Assembly: GCA_041665485.1 (NCBI GenBank)
Contig: JBAYIT010000001.1
Span: forward strand, 8,651-72,650
Origin: Candidatus Shapirobacteria bacterium
GTDB lineage: Bacteria; Patescibacteriota; Microgenomatia; UBA12405
Direction of reading: 5' to 3'
DNA: 64,000 nucleotides
Shown: positions 48,420 through 59,200 of the stretch, one piece after another
Layout: every line of letters begins with the position of its first letter
Numbering within the stretch: the stretch's first letter is position 1
The notes under the pieces: model-generated
The model's database searches: none
The model's input: only the letters and a program-made list of their open reading frames with translations
Told to the model about the DNA's origin: nothing
Made by a program: the position numbers and the translations under genes

Positions 48420-48635
48420 ATGAGAAGTAATGCCAAATTGTTGAAAGTTATCAGCAAAAGAATTAAGAATTGTCGCAATGAATTAGGTCTGACCCAGGAG
48501 GACTTGGCCGAGAAAGTTGGTGTGAGTCGGGTTTACATTGGTTACGTCGAGCAAGGACGCAACACTCCCTCGCTCGAGATCTTGGAAAAAATTGCCAAAG
48601 CCTTGAAAATTAATCTTTCCGGATTAATCACCTAA
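48420..48635 (+). CDS. XRE/HTH_3 transcriptional regulator (controller-protein-like)
   Basis: GLTQEDLAEKVGVSRVYIGYVEQGRNTPSLEIL; 71 aa. Confidence 0.92.
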   Translation: MRSNAKLLKVISKRIKNCRNELGLTQEDLAEKVGVSRVYIGYVEQGRNTPSLEILEKIAKALKINLSGLIT

Positions 48636-50196
48636 TCAAATTTACCCAATTACCCCGAGGATTAATTTGATGGAGCATTTCATGGTCCTCTCTATCAGCC
48701 CAATCTTCACCACGAATACCATTATTTCCCCGATTAGAAAAATTTACCCGAACCGCTATTGGACATCGAGATGTTAACCCTTTGGGAGGAGAAACAAAGA
48801 CATAGTTAACTAGCATAGAAAAGGCATCAACCAAATCATCGTACCTTTCTACTCCAAAGTTCAACAGTTGATCAATCAATTCACCCGAACCGTTCTTAGG
48901 AAAATAGACGTTTCCATTTTTAACGAAGTCACTAGCAATCCTTAGTCTGGTTGATTTATCCTGACCGTGAAGCTCAACTCCAATTGCAGGATAGCCAACC
49001 TTTTGTAAGTCTTGCAACATAAATGTCTGAGAAGCTACTTGTTCAACCAATATAGTACTTTTTCTTTTGGAGTTAACCGTGTTTGATAGTTCTTTAAGAA
49101 TCACCTTTACGTCTGGGTAATCTACTCTTTTGTTAAAAATTTTTGGGAGGATATAAAGAGACAAAAGATCTTTTGTTTTATAAATTCTGCCAACCAGAAT
49201 GGCTGTTTTATCAGCTTTTTCTTTTTCAGAAATAGCCGAATCAATCGAAATAATATAACCAACACAGTTGGCCTCTAGATGAGCCGGAAACACATCATAA
49301 TATCTTACCCATTCTTTTTTAATTATTTGATCTTCTGGTGGGAGGATAATTAACAAATATTCCCGATACCACGACGACTCTGATCCAACCGACATCTTTA
49401 ATTTATCAATTGCATCCATATCTGGAAATTTGTCTTTCCAAGATATATTTCGGTTACTGTCTAATAGTGGATAATTAAAAAACTTCCCACTAAGTGTGGT
49501 ATTTTCAATCATTGCTTTTAGTCTCATCAGTAAACAATCCTCGTGTAACAAATTGCCAACAACAATAAATTTCGTGTTGGTGTCACCGATGGGGAGTATC
49601 TCGCCTGTAAACCACTGAAAAGTTTTGTCTCGACTATCTCTAGTTTTGATACTATTCAAATCTTCAACGTCGTCACACACAACCAAGTCCGGCCGGTATT
49701 GACCATGTCTAATGCCTCGAATACTCTGCTCCGTTGACGCAATGGTGATTCTGGCATTGAAATTAGACAGAACGATTGATGTTGACCCCCACTCATCATT
49801 AACTTCTTGAAATGGGCCAATATCTTTTTTCAGTAATTCATTGGTTTCTAGCTCCTTTTTGATGTTCGCCAAATGAAGTCTGGCTTGGTTCTGGGTTTGG
49901 CTAACTATCAATACAAATTTTCTTTGTTGACAACCAATAATTGCCCAAATTGGATATGAAAGACTCATTAGTGTTGATTTACTAGAACCTCTAAAAGCCA
50001 CGAACACGGCCAATTTCAATCTTATATCTTCAGTAACAGAAAACATTTCGTTGTGAAATGGAGCAAATGGATGGCTTATATAGTGATTAAAGTAAATTGT
50101 AAAAAACCAAAAATGGCTGTTTCTAGCCAAAGTCTTCCGTACAGACCTATTTTTTGCAATTTGTAATTTTTCTGCTTCATTTAATACTTGTTTCAT
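48628..50196 (-). CDS. Phage terminase large subunit
   Basis: AFRGSSKST Walker A, DLVVCDD Walker B, VGN motif III, ISIDSA...YDDLVDA nuclease domain. Confidence 0.88.
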   Translation of the reverse strand: MKQVLNEAEKLQIAKNRSVRKTLARNSHFWFFTIYFNHYISHPFAPFHNEMFSVTEDIRLKLAVFVAFRGSSKSTLMSLSYPIWAIIGCQQRKFVLIVSQTQNQARLHLANIKKELETNELLKKDIGPFQEVNDEWGSTSIVLSNFNARITIASTEQSIRGIRHGQYRPDLVVCDDVEDLNSIKTRDSRDKTFQWFTGEILPIGDTNTKFIVVGNLLHEDCLLMRLKAMIENTTLSGKFFNYPLLDSNRNISWKDKFPDMDAIDKLKMSVGSESSWYREYLLIILPPEDQIIKKEWVRYYDVFPAHLEANCVGYIISIDSAISEKEKADKTAILVGRIYKTKDLLSLYILPKIFNKRVDYPDVKVILKELSNTVNSKRKSTILVEQVASQTFMLQDLQKVGYPAIGVELHGQDKSTRLRIASDFVKNGNVYFPKNGSGELIDQLLNFGVERYDDLVDAFSMLVNYVFVSPPKGLTSRCPIAVRVNFSNRGNNGIRGEDWADREDHEMLHQINPRGNWVNLIR

Positions 50197-50609
50197 TTTT
50201 GCTCCTCCTTTTTTAAATTTTGTAAATTGTTTGGTAATACTGATGCTAGTTTTAGTGCTTTCATAACCAAAATATTTTGTTCGGGTGTTAGTTGCTCGTC
50301 TTCGTGTCCCAACTTGGCTGTTACTTCGATTTTGTTGGCATAAGCAGGGTGTCGATGATTAAGCCAATAAGCAATGGCTGAGAAATTTTTATCCTTTATG
50401 GACGAAATCAATTGCGACTCTGCCATTTCGTTAATTAAAGAGACGCCTTCACCAATAGCTATTTCTACCGTCTTAGCAAATTCCCGATCTTCATTTTTCC
50501 AACGATAGAAGGTTGCTCGGCCGATACCGATTTTTTCGCAGGCCACCTGAATGATAGGTGTTTTTTTAAGTTGCTCGATCAATAGTTGTTTATCATTATC
50601 AGTTTTCAT
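50193..50609 (-). CDS. Probable terminase small subunit (HTH)
   Basis: ACEKIGIGRATFYRWK...EFAK HTH; directly upstream of TerL. Confidence 0.7.
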   Translation of the reverse strand: MKTDNDKQLLIEQLKKTPIIQVACEKIGIGRATFYRWKNEDREFAKTVEIAIGEGVSLINEMAESQLISSIKDKNFSAIAYWLNHRHPAYANKIEVTAKLGHEDEQLTPEQNILVMKALKLASVLPNNLQNLKKEEQK

Positions 50610-51337
50610 ACTTTTAATAACTTGTTATAACGGTCGACGATAATTTGGCAGTATTCTGGATCAATTTCGATTCCCAAGCATTTCCTTTTCGTCTGTTGAC
50701 AAGCAATGAGTGTTGACCCAGACCCCAGAAATGGGTCATAGACATAGTCACCAATTTGAGAGCTATTTAAGATCAAGTGTCGCAGAAGCGATATTGGCTT
50801 CATGGTGGGGTGAAGTGGACTTTTGTTAGGTTTTGGAAAAGCCAAAACACTCTTATCTTTGCTTTTAAAGAACTTGTGTGTCCCAAACCACCCATAAGCA
50901 ACAAGTTCGTGCATGGGTAGATAATCCATTCGTCCGATAACAGCATGGTTTTTTATCCAAATTAGAAGCTGACAAAATTTAAAACCTGAACCGTCAAGAG
51001 CATTCTTTAAAGCAAATATCATCTTGTCAGAGTTGAAGATATAGAAGCTATTTTTTGGAGCCAAATAGGGCTTCACTACCTCTAACCACAGCTGAGTAAA
51101 TTGTTTATATGATTCGTCAGTTTGTAGTTGATCGTTGGCAATAATCTTTCGCTTAATATTTGATTTCGAGAAGCCATCTTTACCCTCAACCAGTGCCACG
51201 GCGTACGGCGGATCTGAGAGTATTAGTGATACTTTTTTATCAACTAATAACTTTTCAATCGATATTTTATCGGTGGCATCACTACATAAAAATAAATGAT
51301 TGCCGATTGCAATTAAGTCTCCCTTTTTAATTGACAT
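50606..51337 (-). CDS. Amino (N6A/N4C) DNA methyltransferase, beta class
   Basis: DPPY precedes HPTMKP and DPFLGSGST. Confidence 0.92.
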   Translation of the reverse strand: MSIKKGDLIAIGNHLFLCSDATDKISIEKLLVDKKVSLILSDPPYAVALVEGKDGFSKSNIKRKIIANDQLQTDESYKQFTQLWLEVVKPYLAPKNSFYIFNSDKMIFALKNALDGSGFKFCQLLIWIKNHAVIGRMDYLPMHELVAYGWFGTHKFFKSKDKSVLAFPKPNKSPLHPTMKPISLLRHLILNSSQIGDYVYDPFLGSGSTLIACQQTKRKCLGIEIDPEYCQIIVDRYNKLLKV

Positions 51338-52604
51338 AAGTAACCTCCTTGCCCGTCAGTTTTGTAAAACGGGAAATAATTAAATCGCAAAAAATTGGCT
51401 CAATCTCCACCATCAAGCACTTTCGCTTTAACTGTTCGCAACTACACATGGTTGAGCCGGAACCGGCAAATAAATCTAGGACTGTGTCTCCAACTTTAGT
51501 ACAACGTCTTATCGCTTTTTCATGGAGTGTTGGACTTTTTTCAGTAGGATGACTATATTCGCTACCTGGCAATCTTTTGACTAACCAGATATTTAGCAAA
51601 TCTAAGATATCGTCTATGGTTCGATTGCCTGAGCCAATTTCTTTATTGAGAATTTCATTTAAATTTTTTGGGTTTTCAGAGATTGATGGTTTGCCTATAG
51701 TTCCATAAATACAAGCTTCATAAGATTTATTAAAAGCCACATTTGGTGTAGGAGAAAATCCGTTCTTAATCCATAAACAAACTCTCTTGTTTTCGATTCC
51801 GATTTCTTTGTATAGATCTTGGATCAAACCGATATGGCGTTCGTCATTCCATATAAATACATGGACATCAGGTTTGGAAATAGCCAGCCCATTTTCGATT
51901 ACCCTTTTTAAAAACTCGCGATATCCCAAATCGGTTTTATTGTCATCAGTTTTACCTCCATACTTTCCTTTACCACCAACACCTTTGTTGTAGTCGAGTC
52001 CAATATTAAAAGGTGGATCAAAATAGGCCATTGATACCATCTTTTCTGATGTTAATCTTTGAACAACCTTAAGATCCATGCTGTTTCCACAAACCAGCAA
52101 ATGTGGTCCGAGTTTGATGATATCCCCCAGTTTTGTCTTGGGAACTTTTATCTTCTCTATTTCCGCTTGAGTATCAAAATCGTCTTCATAAGTTTCCAAA
52201 TTTTCGTCCCAAATTTTAGATAAGTCGTTATTGTCGAAACCAATGTCCATCAATGTTTCTATGTCGAAGTTTTTGAGAAGTTCAAAATCCCAATCACCAA
52301 CTACCCGGTTCAATGTTAGATTTAGTTTTCTCTCTTTTTCGATATCAGAGATGTCAATAAAATTTACTGGAACTACCTTGTACCCCAGATCTTTAGCTAT
52401 CTTTAATCGAAAATGCCCGGCAATTACAACTCCATATCGAGACTTGTTTCCATTAGCTAAAATTGGTATCACAAAGCCATTTTCTCTAATGCTCTTTTTT
52501 AAATCAGAGATAGCTTTCTCGCTCCAATATCGTGGGTTATATTCCGAAGGTTTTAAATCTGTAACTTTTACCAGGACCGTTTTGATACTTGGTGTATTGA
52601 CCAT
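51327..52604 (-). CDS. ParB/Srx-like domain + beta-class DNA methyltransferase
   Basis: YNPR...GFVIPI...IAGHFR ParB-like N-terminus; DPPF, HPTEK and DLFAGSGST. Confidence 0.92.
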   Translation of the reverse strand: MVNTPSIKTVLVKVTDLKPSEYNPRYWSEKAISDLKKSIRENGFVIPILANGNKSRYGVVIAGHFRLKIAKDLGYKVVPVNFIDISDIEKERKLNLTLNRVVGDWDFELLKNFDIETLMDIGFDNNDLSKIWDENLETYEDDFDTQAEIEKIKVPKTKLGDIIKLGPHLLVCGNSMDLKVVQRLTSEKMVSMAYFDPPFNIGLDYNKGVGGKGKYGGKTDDNKTDLGYREFLKRVIENGLAISKPDVHVFIWNDERHIGLIQDLYKEIGIENKRVCLWIKNGFSPTPNVAFNKSYEACIYGTIGKPSISENPKNLNEILNKEIGSGNRTIDDILDLLNIWLVKRLPGSEYSHPTEKSPTLHEKAIRRCTKVGDTVLDLFAGSGSTMCSCEQLKRKCLMVEIEPIFCDLIISRFTKLTGKEVTYVN

Positions 52605-52609
52605 AAAAA

Positions 52610-52669
52610 AAACTCCATAAAGTAATAATGCTCCCGGCCCTGCCTGGAGTGTATCTACTTTCGGAGTTT
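52610..52669 (-). promoter_or_regulatory. Long leader hairpin covering the RBS of the MTase-terminase operon
   Basis: AAACTCC/GGAGTTT, AAAGTA/TACTTT and CTCC/GGAG stems; the 3' arm GGAG lies 8 nt before ATG 52604. Confidence 0.55.
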
Positions 52670-52814
52670 ACAGGTTAAACACCTACGCTCTTGATTGAGT
52701 TAATATAATTTACCACATGTACCAGTTCCTTTCAATAGTGTTTCCCTTGATGTTTATTTGGTTGAAAAGTGTTAATAAATTTTATACAATATTGGTATCA
52801 ACTGGTAAGTAATT

Positions 52815-52988
52815 ATGGAAGAACTTTTGACATTAAATGAAACCGCTCAAATACTGAAAGTTCACCCAAACACTCTTCGATCGTGGGATAAAAAGGGGGT
52901 ATTAATTGCAATTCGGATCGGGGTAAAGAAAGCTAGAAGATACAAAAAAGAAGATATTGAAAAATTTATTAATAAGAAGAATAAATAA
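52815..52988 (+). CDS. Excisionase/MerR-like HTH protein, 57 aa (absent from the ORF track)
   Basis: Hand translation MEELLTLNETAQILKVHPNTLRSWDKKGVLIAIRIGVKKARRYKKEDIEKFINKKNK*. Confidence 0.88.
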   Translation: MEELLTLNETAQILKVHPNTLRSWDKKGVLIAIRIGVKKARRYKKEDIEKFINKKNK

Positions 52989-52990
52989 AC

Positions 52991-55900
52991 ATGTCATTAA
53001 TCGATAATAAAAACCAAACTTTACAAAATGCACTCAAAAATGCTTTAGTAACAGCCGACCGAATTGATATTGCGGTCGGATTTTTTTATTTCTCCGGATT
53101 TGAAGCACTGGCCGACGAGTTAAGAGATAAAAAAATACGTATTTTGGTTGGTTTGGAGGTTGATCCAAAGCTTATTTCGGAGATTTCTCAAAAAGCGAAG
53201 GATGGTGATGTTGATTTATCTAAATATCAAACCAGGGATTCAATTAATTCCAGAACAGTAAAAAAATTAAATTATGTTGATACTTTTGTGGGGTTTATGA
53301 ATGATAGTGACGTATTCGATTCAGATAAAGCTAACGAACTTTACGAACTTTATATTCAAAAAATAAACGACGGTTCTCTTGAGATTAGAAAAACTGTTGA
53401 TGATTACCACGGTAAATATTATGTAGTTCATAACAAAAAAGAAACATCTCAAAGTGGTGACTTCCCGGGTACTGTATTTTTTGGTTCCAGCAATCTTTCT
53501 TATCGAGGACTGAGTGGCCAGGGAGAATTAAATCGTTCCAGTCGAGAGAAAAATGAGTTTGATGAATTTACTGGTCAATTTGAAGAGATGTGGAGCGATT
53601 CAAAATCAATTTCAATAGCAGACGCAAACACTAAAGACCAATTTATCGAAGCGATTAAACCCCGTATTTGGAAGTACTGCACACCTCTCCCTTATTACCT
53701 ATATATTCGAGTACTGCACGAGATATTTTATCAACAGGAAATTAATACACTCAAAACTCCCAAAGCCACCACTAATGGTCTTTACATTGATCTGGAATAT
53801 CAGATTGATGCCATTAAAATGGTTATCGACAAACTCAACAAATATGATGGCGCCATTCTTGCCGATGTTGTCGGTCTTGGAAAAAGCATTATTGCTTCTG
53901 CTGTAGCTAGGAACATGGACGCAAAGACGGTGATAATTGCTCCTCCACACCTTATGTCCCAATGGGAAGAATATAAAGAACAATTTGGCATCAGGGGGTC
54001 GAAAGTATTCAGTTCGGGAAAGATTCAAGAAATTTATGATCGATATCATGAGGCTAAAGAACCCGTATTTTTCATTCTTGATGAAGCTCATCGATATCGT
54101 AATGAAGACACGAATGACTACAAGTTATTACACCAAGTTTGTCGTAGTCATCCAGAAAATAAAGTTTTATTGTTAACTGCCACCCCTTTCAATAATGATC
54201 CAAAAGATGTTTTTGCATTAATAAAGTTGTTTCAAACTCCTGGACAATCAACCATTCGCTCAGTCGACAATTTAAGTCTCCGGTATCGAGACCTTATCCA
54301 ACGATATAAAAAATTACGCAGAGACATGACAAAAGGAGCTATCCAGGAAGCGGTTGATAAAGAAACGGCCGAAATTGCGGCGGAACAGAGAAGATTAATT
54401 GAAACAATTATTATCCGAAGATCGCGACTTGATCTTAACTACATCACTCGTTATCGGGAGGACTTACAACGTCAAAATATTTCCTTTGCTGAAGTACGAG
54501 GTCCAGATCCACTTGAATACGATCTGGGAGAACTTTTTGAACCTTATATGAAAACTTTGGATTTAATCATTAAACCAGATAATGAAGGATTCCTTGGTGC
54601 CCGATATAAGCCTACATCGGAGACCTATATGGATGAAGAGAATCGCAAGAAATTTATCGATAAATATAAAAGTGAGTTTGACGATATTGAGGATCTTCGG
54701 ATTGCTCAGTCAAACTTGGCAAAATTTATGAGACGACTCTTGGTTATGCGTTTTGAAAGCTCAAAAGATGCTTTCCGTTCTACATTGGAAAAAATGATTG
54801 AGTCTAATAAACTTATTGAACATTGGTGGAGTGAGCTGGGAATTGTACCAATTATGAAAAAAGGGCAACTTCCCGATCCGCAGGACTATGACTTAGAAGA
54901 TGGTGAATCTGATTCGCTTACTGAGGAATTGGAATTATTGCGAAATAAAAAAGGTTTCCTGGAAATAAGCAAGGACATGTTAAATCCTCAATTTATTGAA
55001 GATGTACAACACGATACAAAACTATTACAGTCAATTCATGACGATTGGTATTCAAATCCCCAATTTGCTGACCTAGATCCGAAACTAGATAACATTATTG
55101 AAAAAATTGAGGAATTATTGTCTGAAAATAAAGATAGAAAAATTGTTATCTTCTCTAGCTATAAAGACACGGTCGATTATTTGTATAAGATAATGGTCGA
55201 TCGTGGATTTAGCCGCGTTACTAAATATTCAGCTTCGGAGGGAACAGACGCAAACAAAAAAATAATTCGTCAAAACTTTGATGCTTCAATTCAGGAAGCA
55301 CAACAAACAAATGACTTTGATGTTTTAATAGCCACAGACGCATTGAGCGAAGGATTTAATCTTCATAGGGCTGGAATTGTTATTAACTATGACATACCCT
55401 ACAACCCCACTAGAGTTATCCAAAGAGTTGGACGCATTAATCGTATAAATAAGAAGGTTTTTGAGTTCCTAAATATCTACAATTGTTTTCCAACAGCAAT
55501 CGGCGAAGAAGAAACTAGAGTAAAAAGTATTTCTACTCTCAAAATGAAACTAATCAATGCGGTTGTGGGAAGTGATACAAAAACTCTAACCAAAGATGAA
55601 GAATTGGTTAGTTATTTTAAAGATGAATTTGACAAAGCCCAAAAAGAGGACGAAAGGTTGTCTTGGGATACAGTACATAGAGAAAATTTTGAAAGAGCAT
55701 TAAAAGACAGTGATCTTATGAAAAAAGTCCTGGAGCTTCCTAGAAGGAGTCGTATAAAAAGGATTGGTCGTAAAAACTCCGGTACAATAGTATTTGGGAA
55801 GAAGGGGCAGAACTCCGTGTTTACTTATGGTATTACTACTGACGACATTAGAGTTACTTCAGCCGAGGAATCTTTGCCAGTTTTCGAAGCAAAACCAGAT

Positions 55901-56275
55901 GAAAAAAGTGAATTAGTTGATAAGGAGTTTACTAATATTTTTAATTTGGCTAAAGAAAAACTTTTCGCCAAACACGAGTTGCCCCAAATAAAGGGTAGAA
56001 GGGCAACTGCTATTAATATTTTAAAAGTGATTGCTGACAAAATGCCAATTGCTAGAGATTATTGCGAAGACATTATTTCTATTATCAAGACCCTTGATGA
56101 TATTAGCGATGGGTCTCTAAAAGATATTTCTCAATTGAATGCAAACAAGGTTGATGAGTCATACAAAAAATTGTTAAACATTATTCCGGAAGTGTATGTG
56201 AGAAATATTTTAAATCGATCTAAACATACTGACGAGGCACAAGAATTACTGTTGTTTGCGGAACAATTACTATGA
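52991..56275 (+). CDS. PLD-nuclease-like domain + SNF2-family helicase
   Basis: AVGFFYFSG, HGKYY and GSSNLS (PLD); LADVVGLGKS, DEAH, TATP, SEGFNL and QRVGRINR (SF2). Confidence 0.9.
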   Translation: MSLIDNKNQTLQNALKNALVTADRIDIAVGFFYFSGFEALADELRDKKIRILVGLEVDPKLISEISQKAKDGDVDLSKYQTRDSINSRTVKKLNYVDTFVGFMNDSDVFDSDKANELYELYIQKINDGSLEIRKTVDDYHGKYYVVHNKKETSQSGDFPGTVFFGSSNLSYRGLSGQGELNRSSREKNEFDEFTGQFEEMWSDSKSISIADANTKDQFIEAIKPRIWKYCTPLPYYLYIRVLHEIFYQQEINTLKTPKATTNGLYIDLEYQIDAIKMVIDKLNKYDGAILADVVGLGKSIIASAVARNMDAKTVIIAPPHLMSQWEEYKEQFGIRGSKVFSSGKIQEIYDRYHEAKEPVFFILDEAHRYRNEDTNDYKLLHQVCRSHPENKVLLLTATPFNNDPKDVFALIKLFQTPGQSTIRSVDNLSLRYRDLIQRYKKLRRDMTKGAIQEAVDKETAEIAAEQRRLIETIIIRRSRLDLNYITRYREDLQRQNISFAEVRGPDPLEYDLGELFEPYMKTLDLIIKPDNEGFLGARYKPTSETYMDEENRKKFIDKYKSEFDDIEDLRIAQSNLAKFMRRLLVMRFESSKDAFRSTLEKMIESNKLIEHWWSELGIVPIMKKGQLPDPQDYDLEDGESDSLTEELELLRNKKGFLEISKDMLNPQFIEDVQHDTKLLQSIHDDWYSNPQFADLDPKLDNIIEKIEELLSENKDRKIVIFSSYKDTVDYLYKIMVDRGFSRVTKYSASEGTDANKKIIRQNFDASIQEAQQTNDFDVLIATDALSEGFNLHRAGIVINYDIPYNPTRVIQRVGRINRINKKVFEFLNIYNCFPTAIGEEETRVKSISTLKMKLINAVVGSDTKTLTKDEELVSYFKDEFDKAQKEDERLSWDTVHRENFERALKDSDLMKKVLELPRRSRIKRIGRKNSGTIVFGKKGQNSVFTYGITTDDIRVTSAEESLPVFEAKPDEKSELVDKEFTNIFNLAKEKLFAKHELPQIKGRRATAINILKVIADKMPIARDYCEDIISIIKTLDDISDGSLKDISQLNANKVDESYKKLLNIIPEVYVRNILNRSKHTDEAQELLLFAEQLL

Positions 56276-59200
56276 TGCAATTAAATAATGATTACCAACG
56301 TGATGATTTTCTAAAATTTCTCGAAGAAGATTTTTTAACTGACTTCAAAAGAGATATTAGATCTGTAAATACTAGTAGTCTCTCGTCTATTCAAAAAGCT
56401 AATTACTTGGGTGAAAGTAGGGATTTGGATCTTCAGGTTTTTGAGTTCTTATTTGAAGGCTCTCCAAACAAACGCATCGCTTTAACAAAAGATGCTTTTT
56501 CAGTTATGCGATCAAGCGCTATTTATAATGCATTGGCCGTCTTCCATTCTCCAAACAAGAAAGACTGGAGATTCTCCTTGATGACTGCTACCCCAGAACC
56601 GACTCAAAAAGGTAAGGTGTCACTTTCATATTCAAATCCTAGGCGCTTGTCTTTCTTTTTGGGTCCTAATGCTAAAACAAACACTCCCACAAAATTTCTC
56701 ATAAACAAGGGGAAAATTATTGACCTTGAAGACTTGAAAAAAAGATTTTCTATAGAAGTTGTTAATAGGGAGTTCTATAAAGAAATATCCCAAACATTCA
56801 CAAAATTAGTTAATGGATTACTTAAACTACCATCAACCCAAGATAAAAGCCAAGCTAATATTGATTTTGCAGTCCGGTTAATTGGTCGTGTTATTTTTTG
56901 TTGGTTTTTACGTGAGAAAAAAAGTAATACTGGAATTGCGCTAATGCCAAAAGACCTTTTATCACTCGAAGCGGTTAAGGAAAACGATGATTATTATCAC
57001 AAAATCCTTGAGCCAATATTCTTTGAAGTTCTTAACAAACCAATCAAACTAAGAAAAGAAGATTTTTCTAAAGAACCTTTCTCTTCTGTTCCTTATCTTA
57101 ATGGAGGCTTATTTTCCCCTCAAGTAGATGACTACTACAAGCGAACGAATGGAGATTTTCAGTCGCAACACCACAACACACTAATTGTCCCAGATAGTTG
57201 GATTAAAAGCTTCTATGAAATTCTTGAAACTTACAACTTTACAATTGATGAGAACACAAGTTATGACGAAGAGCTTTCCATTGACCCGGAAATGTTGGGT
57301 AGAATTTTCGAAAATCTTTTGGCGGAAATTAACCCAGAAACAGGGGAATCGGCCAGAAAAAGCACAGGGAGTTTCTATACCCCCAGAATTATCGTTAATT
57401 ATATGGTTGATGAGAGTCTATTACTTTATCTTAAGGAAAATACTGGGATACATGAAGAAAAGTTGCGGACAATTATTAGTTATGACCTTGATGATGATTT
57501 GGAAAATCCCGTAACTACAGATGAAAAAGAAAAAATAATCGATGCACTAGAAAAAGTTAAAATTCTTGACCCAGCCTGTGGTTCTGGAGCTTTTCCAATC
57601 GGGGCATTACAAAAAATTGTTTTTATTCTTCAACAAACCGATCCAGACGGGCAAATGTGGTTCAAAAAGCAGATAAAAAACACTTCTCCGGAAATAAAAA
57701 GGGTTGTAGAACGTGAGTTTGCTCATAAAAATTTTGATTATATTAGAAAGCTTGGAATCATTAGAGAAAACATATACGGAATTGATATTCAACCAATTGC
57801 TACAGAAATCTCACGACTTCGTTGCTTCCTAACTCTTGTAGTCGACGAAGGCATCCAAGAAGACCTAGAAAATAGAGGTATAGAACCACTACCAAACCTG
57901 GATTTTAAATTTGTTACAGCTAACACGCTGATCGGTCTTCCTGGGTCACAAACAATTAATCAAATGGGATTGTTTGAAGATGATGCAGGAATTAAGGAGC
58001 TAAAAGAGCTTCGAGATATGTTTTTTAATGCCTCAGGTACAGAGAGAGAACAGCTTAAACTTGAATTTGTCCAATCACAAAATCACATGTTTCAACGGTT
58101 AGTAAGTGAAGGAAGAAGGGGTCATGCGGACTTAACTACAAAATTAACTACTTGGGATCCGTTTAGCCACAAGACATCCTCATGGTTTGACTCAGAATGG
58201 ATGTTTGGAATTAAGGATGGTTTTAATATTGTCATTGGGAACCCTCCATATGTCCAATTACAAACAAACGGGGGATACCTTGCAAACCTGTACGAAAATC
58301 AAAGTTATAGTACGTTCTGTAGATCAGGAGATATCTATTCTCTATTTTATGAAAAAGGTATTCAGTTGATTACCAACAAAGGTTGTTTGTGTTTTATATC
58401 TTCTAATAAATGGATGAGAACATCATATGGTTCAAAATTAAGAAGCTTTCTAAGTAAGCTAAACATGCTAAATCTTATTGATTTTGCAGGATTTCAAGTG
58501 TTCGAAACAGCCGCTGTAGATACCACCATAGCCCTAGTGCAAAGATCAGAAAATCTAAATAAACTTGAAGCTGCACATTTCAAGGACAATTATGTCCAAG
58601 GTGATGATATTAGGGACTATTTTAATAAAAATAAGGTTGATTTAAAAAACTTAGATAGCGAACCATGGTTTATCGGCGGATATGAAACAATTAGTCTCAA
58701 ATCCAAGATTGAACATGAAGGAGTACCTATTAAACGATGGCCGGAATTATCAATTAACTATGGAATAAAAACTGGGGCCAATGATGTTTTTATAATCAAC
58801 GAAGAATTTAGGAATAAATTAATTAATTTGGAACCACAATCAGCCAGTATAATGAAACCTCTTCTTCGTGGATTACATACAAAAAACTATTACACTGAGT
58901 GGGAAAATGACTACTTACTTTACGTTCCATGGCATTTTCCATTAGAAGGTGCCATTAAAGGTTCCTCGTTAAAAGCAGAAGAAACTTTTAAAGTGCAATA
59001 TCCTCGATTATATGAATATTTTCATAGTCGGAAAGAACGACTACTTAAAAGAAACAAGGCTGAGACAGGGATAAGATATGAATGGTATGCGCTACAAAGG
59101 AGTGGGTCAAGCTATAAATCTGATTTTCTCAAACCAAAAGTGGTTTGGATGAATATGAATAGAGGGTGGAAATTTGCATATTCAGAAAGAGATTTTTATG

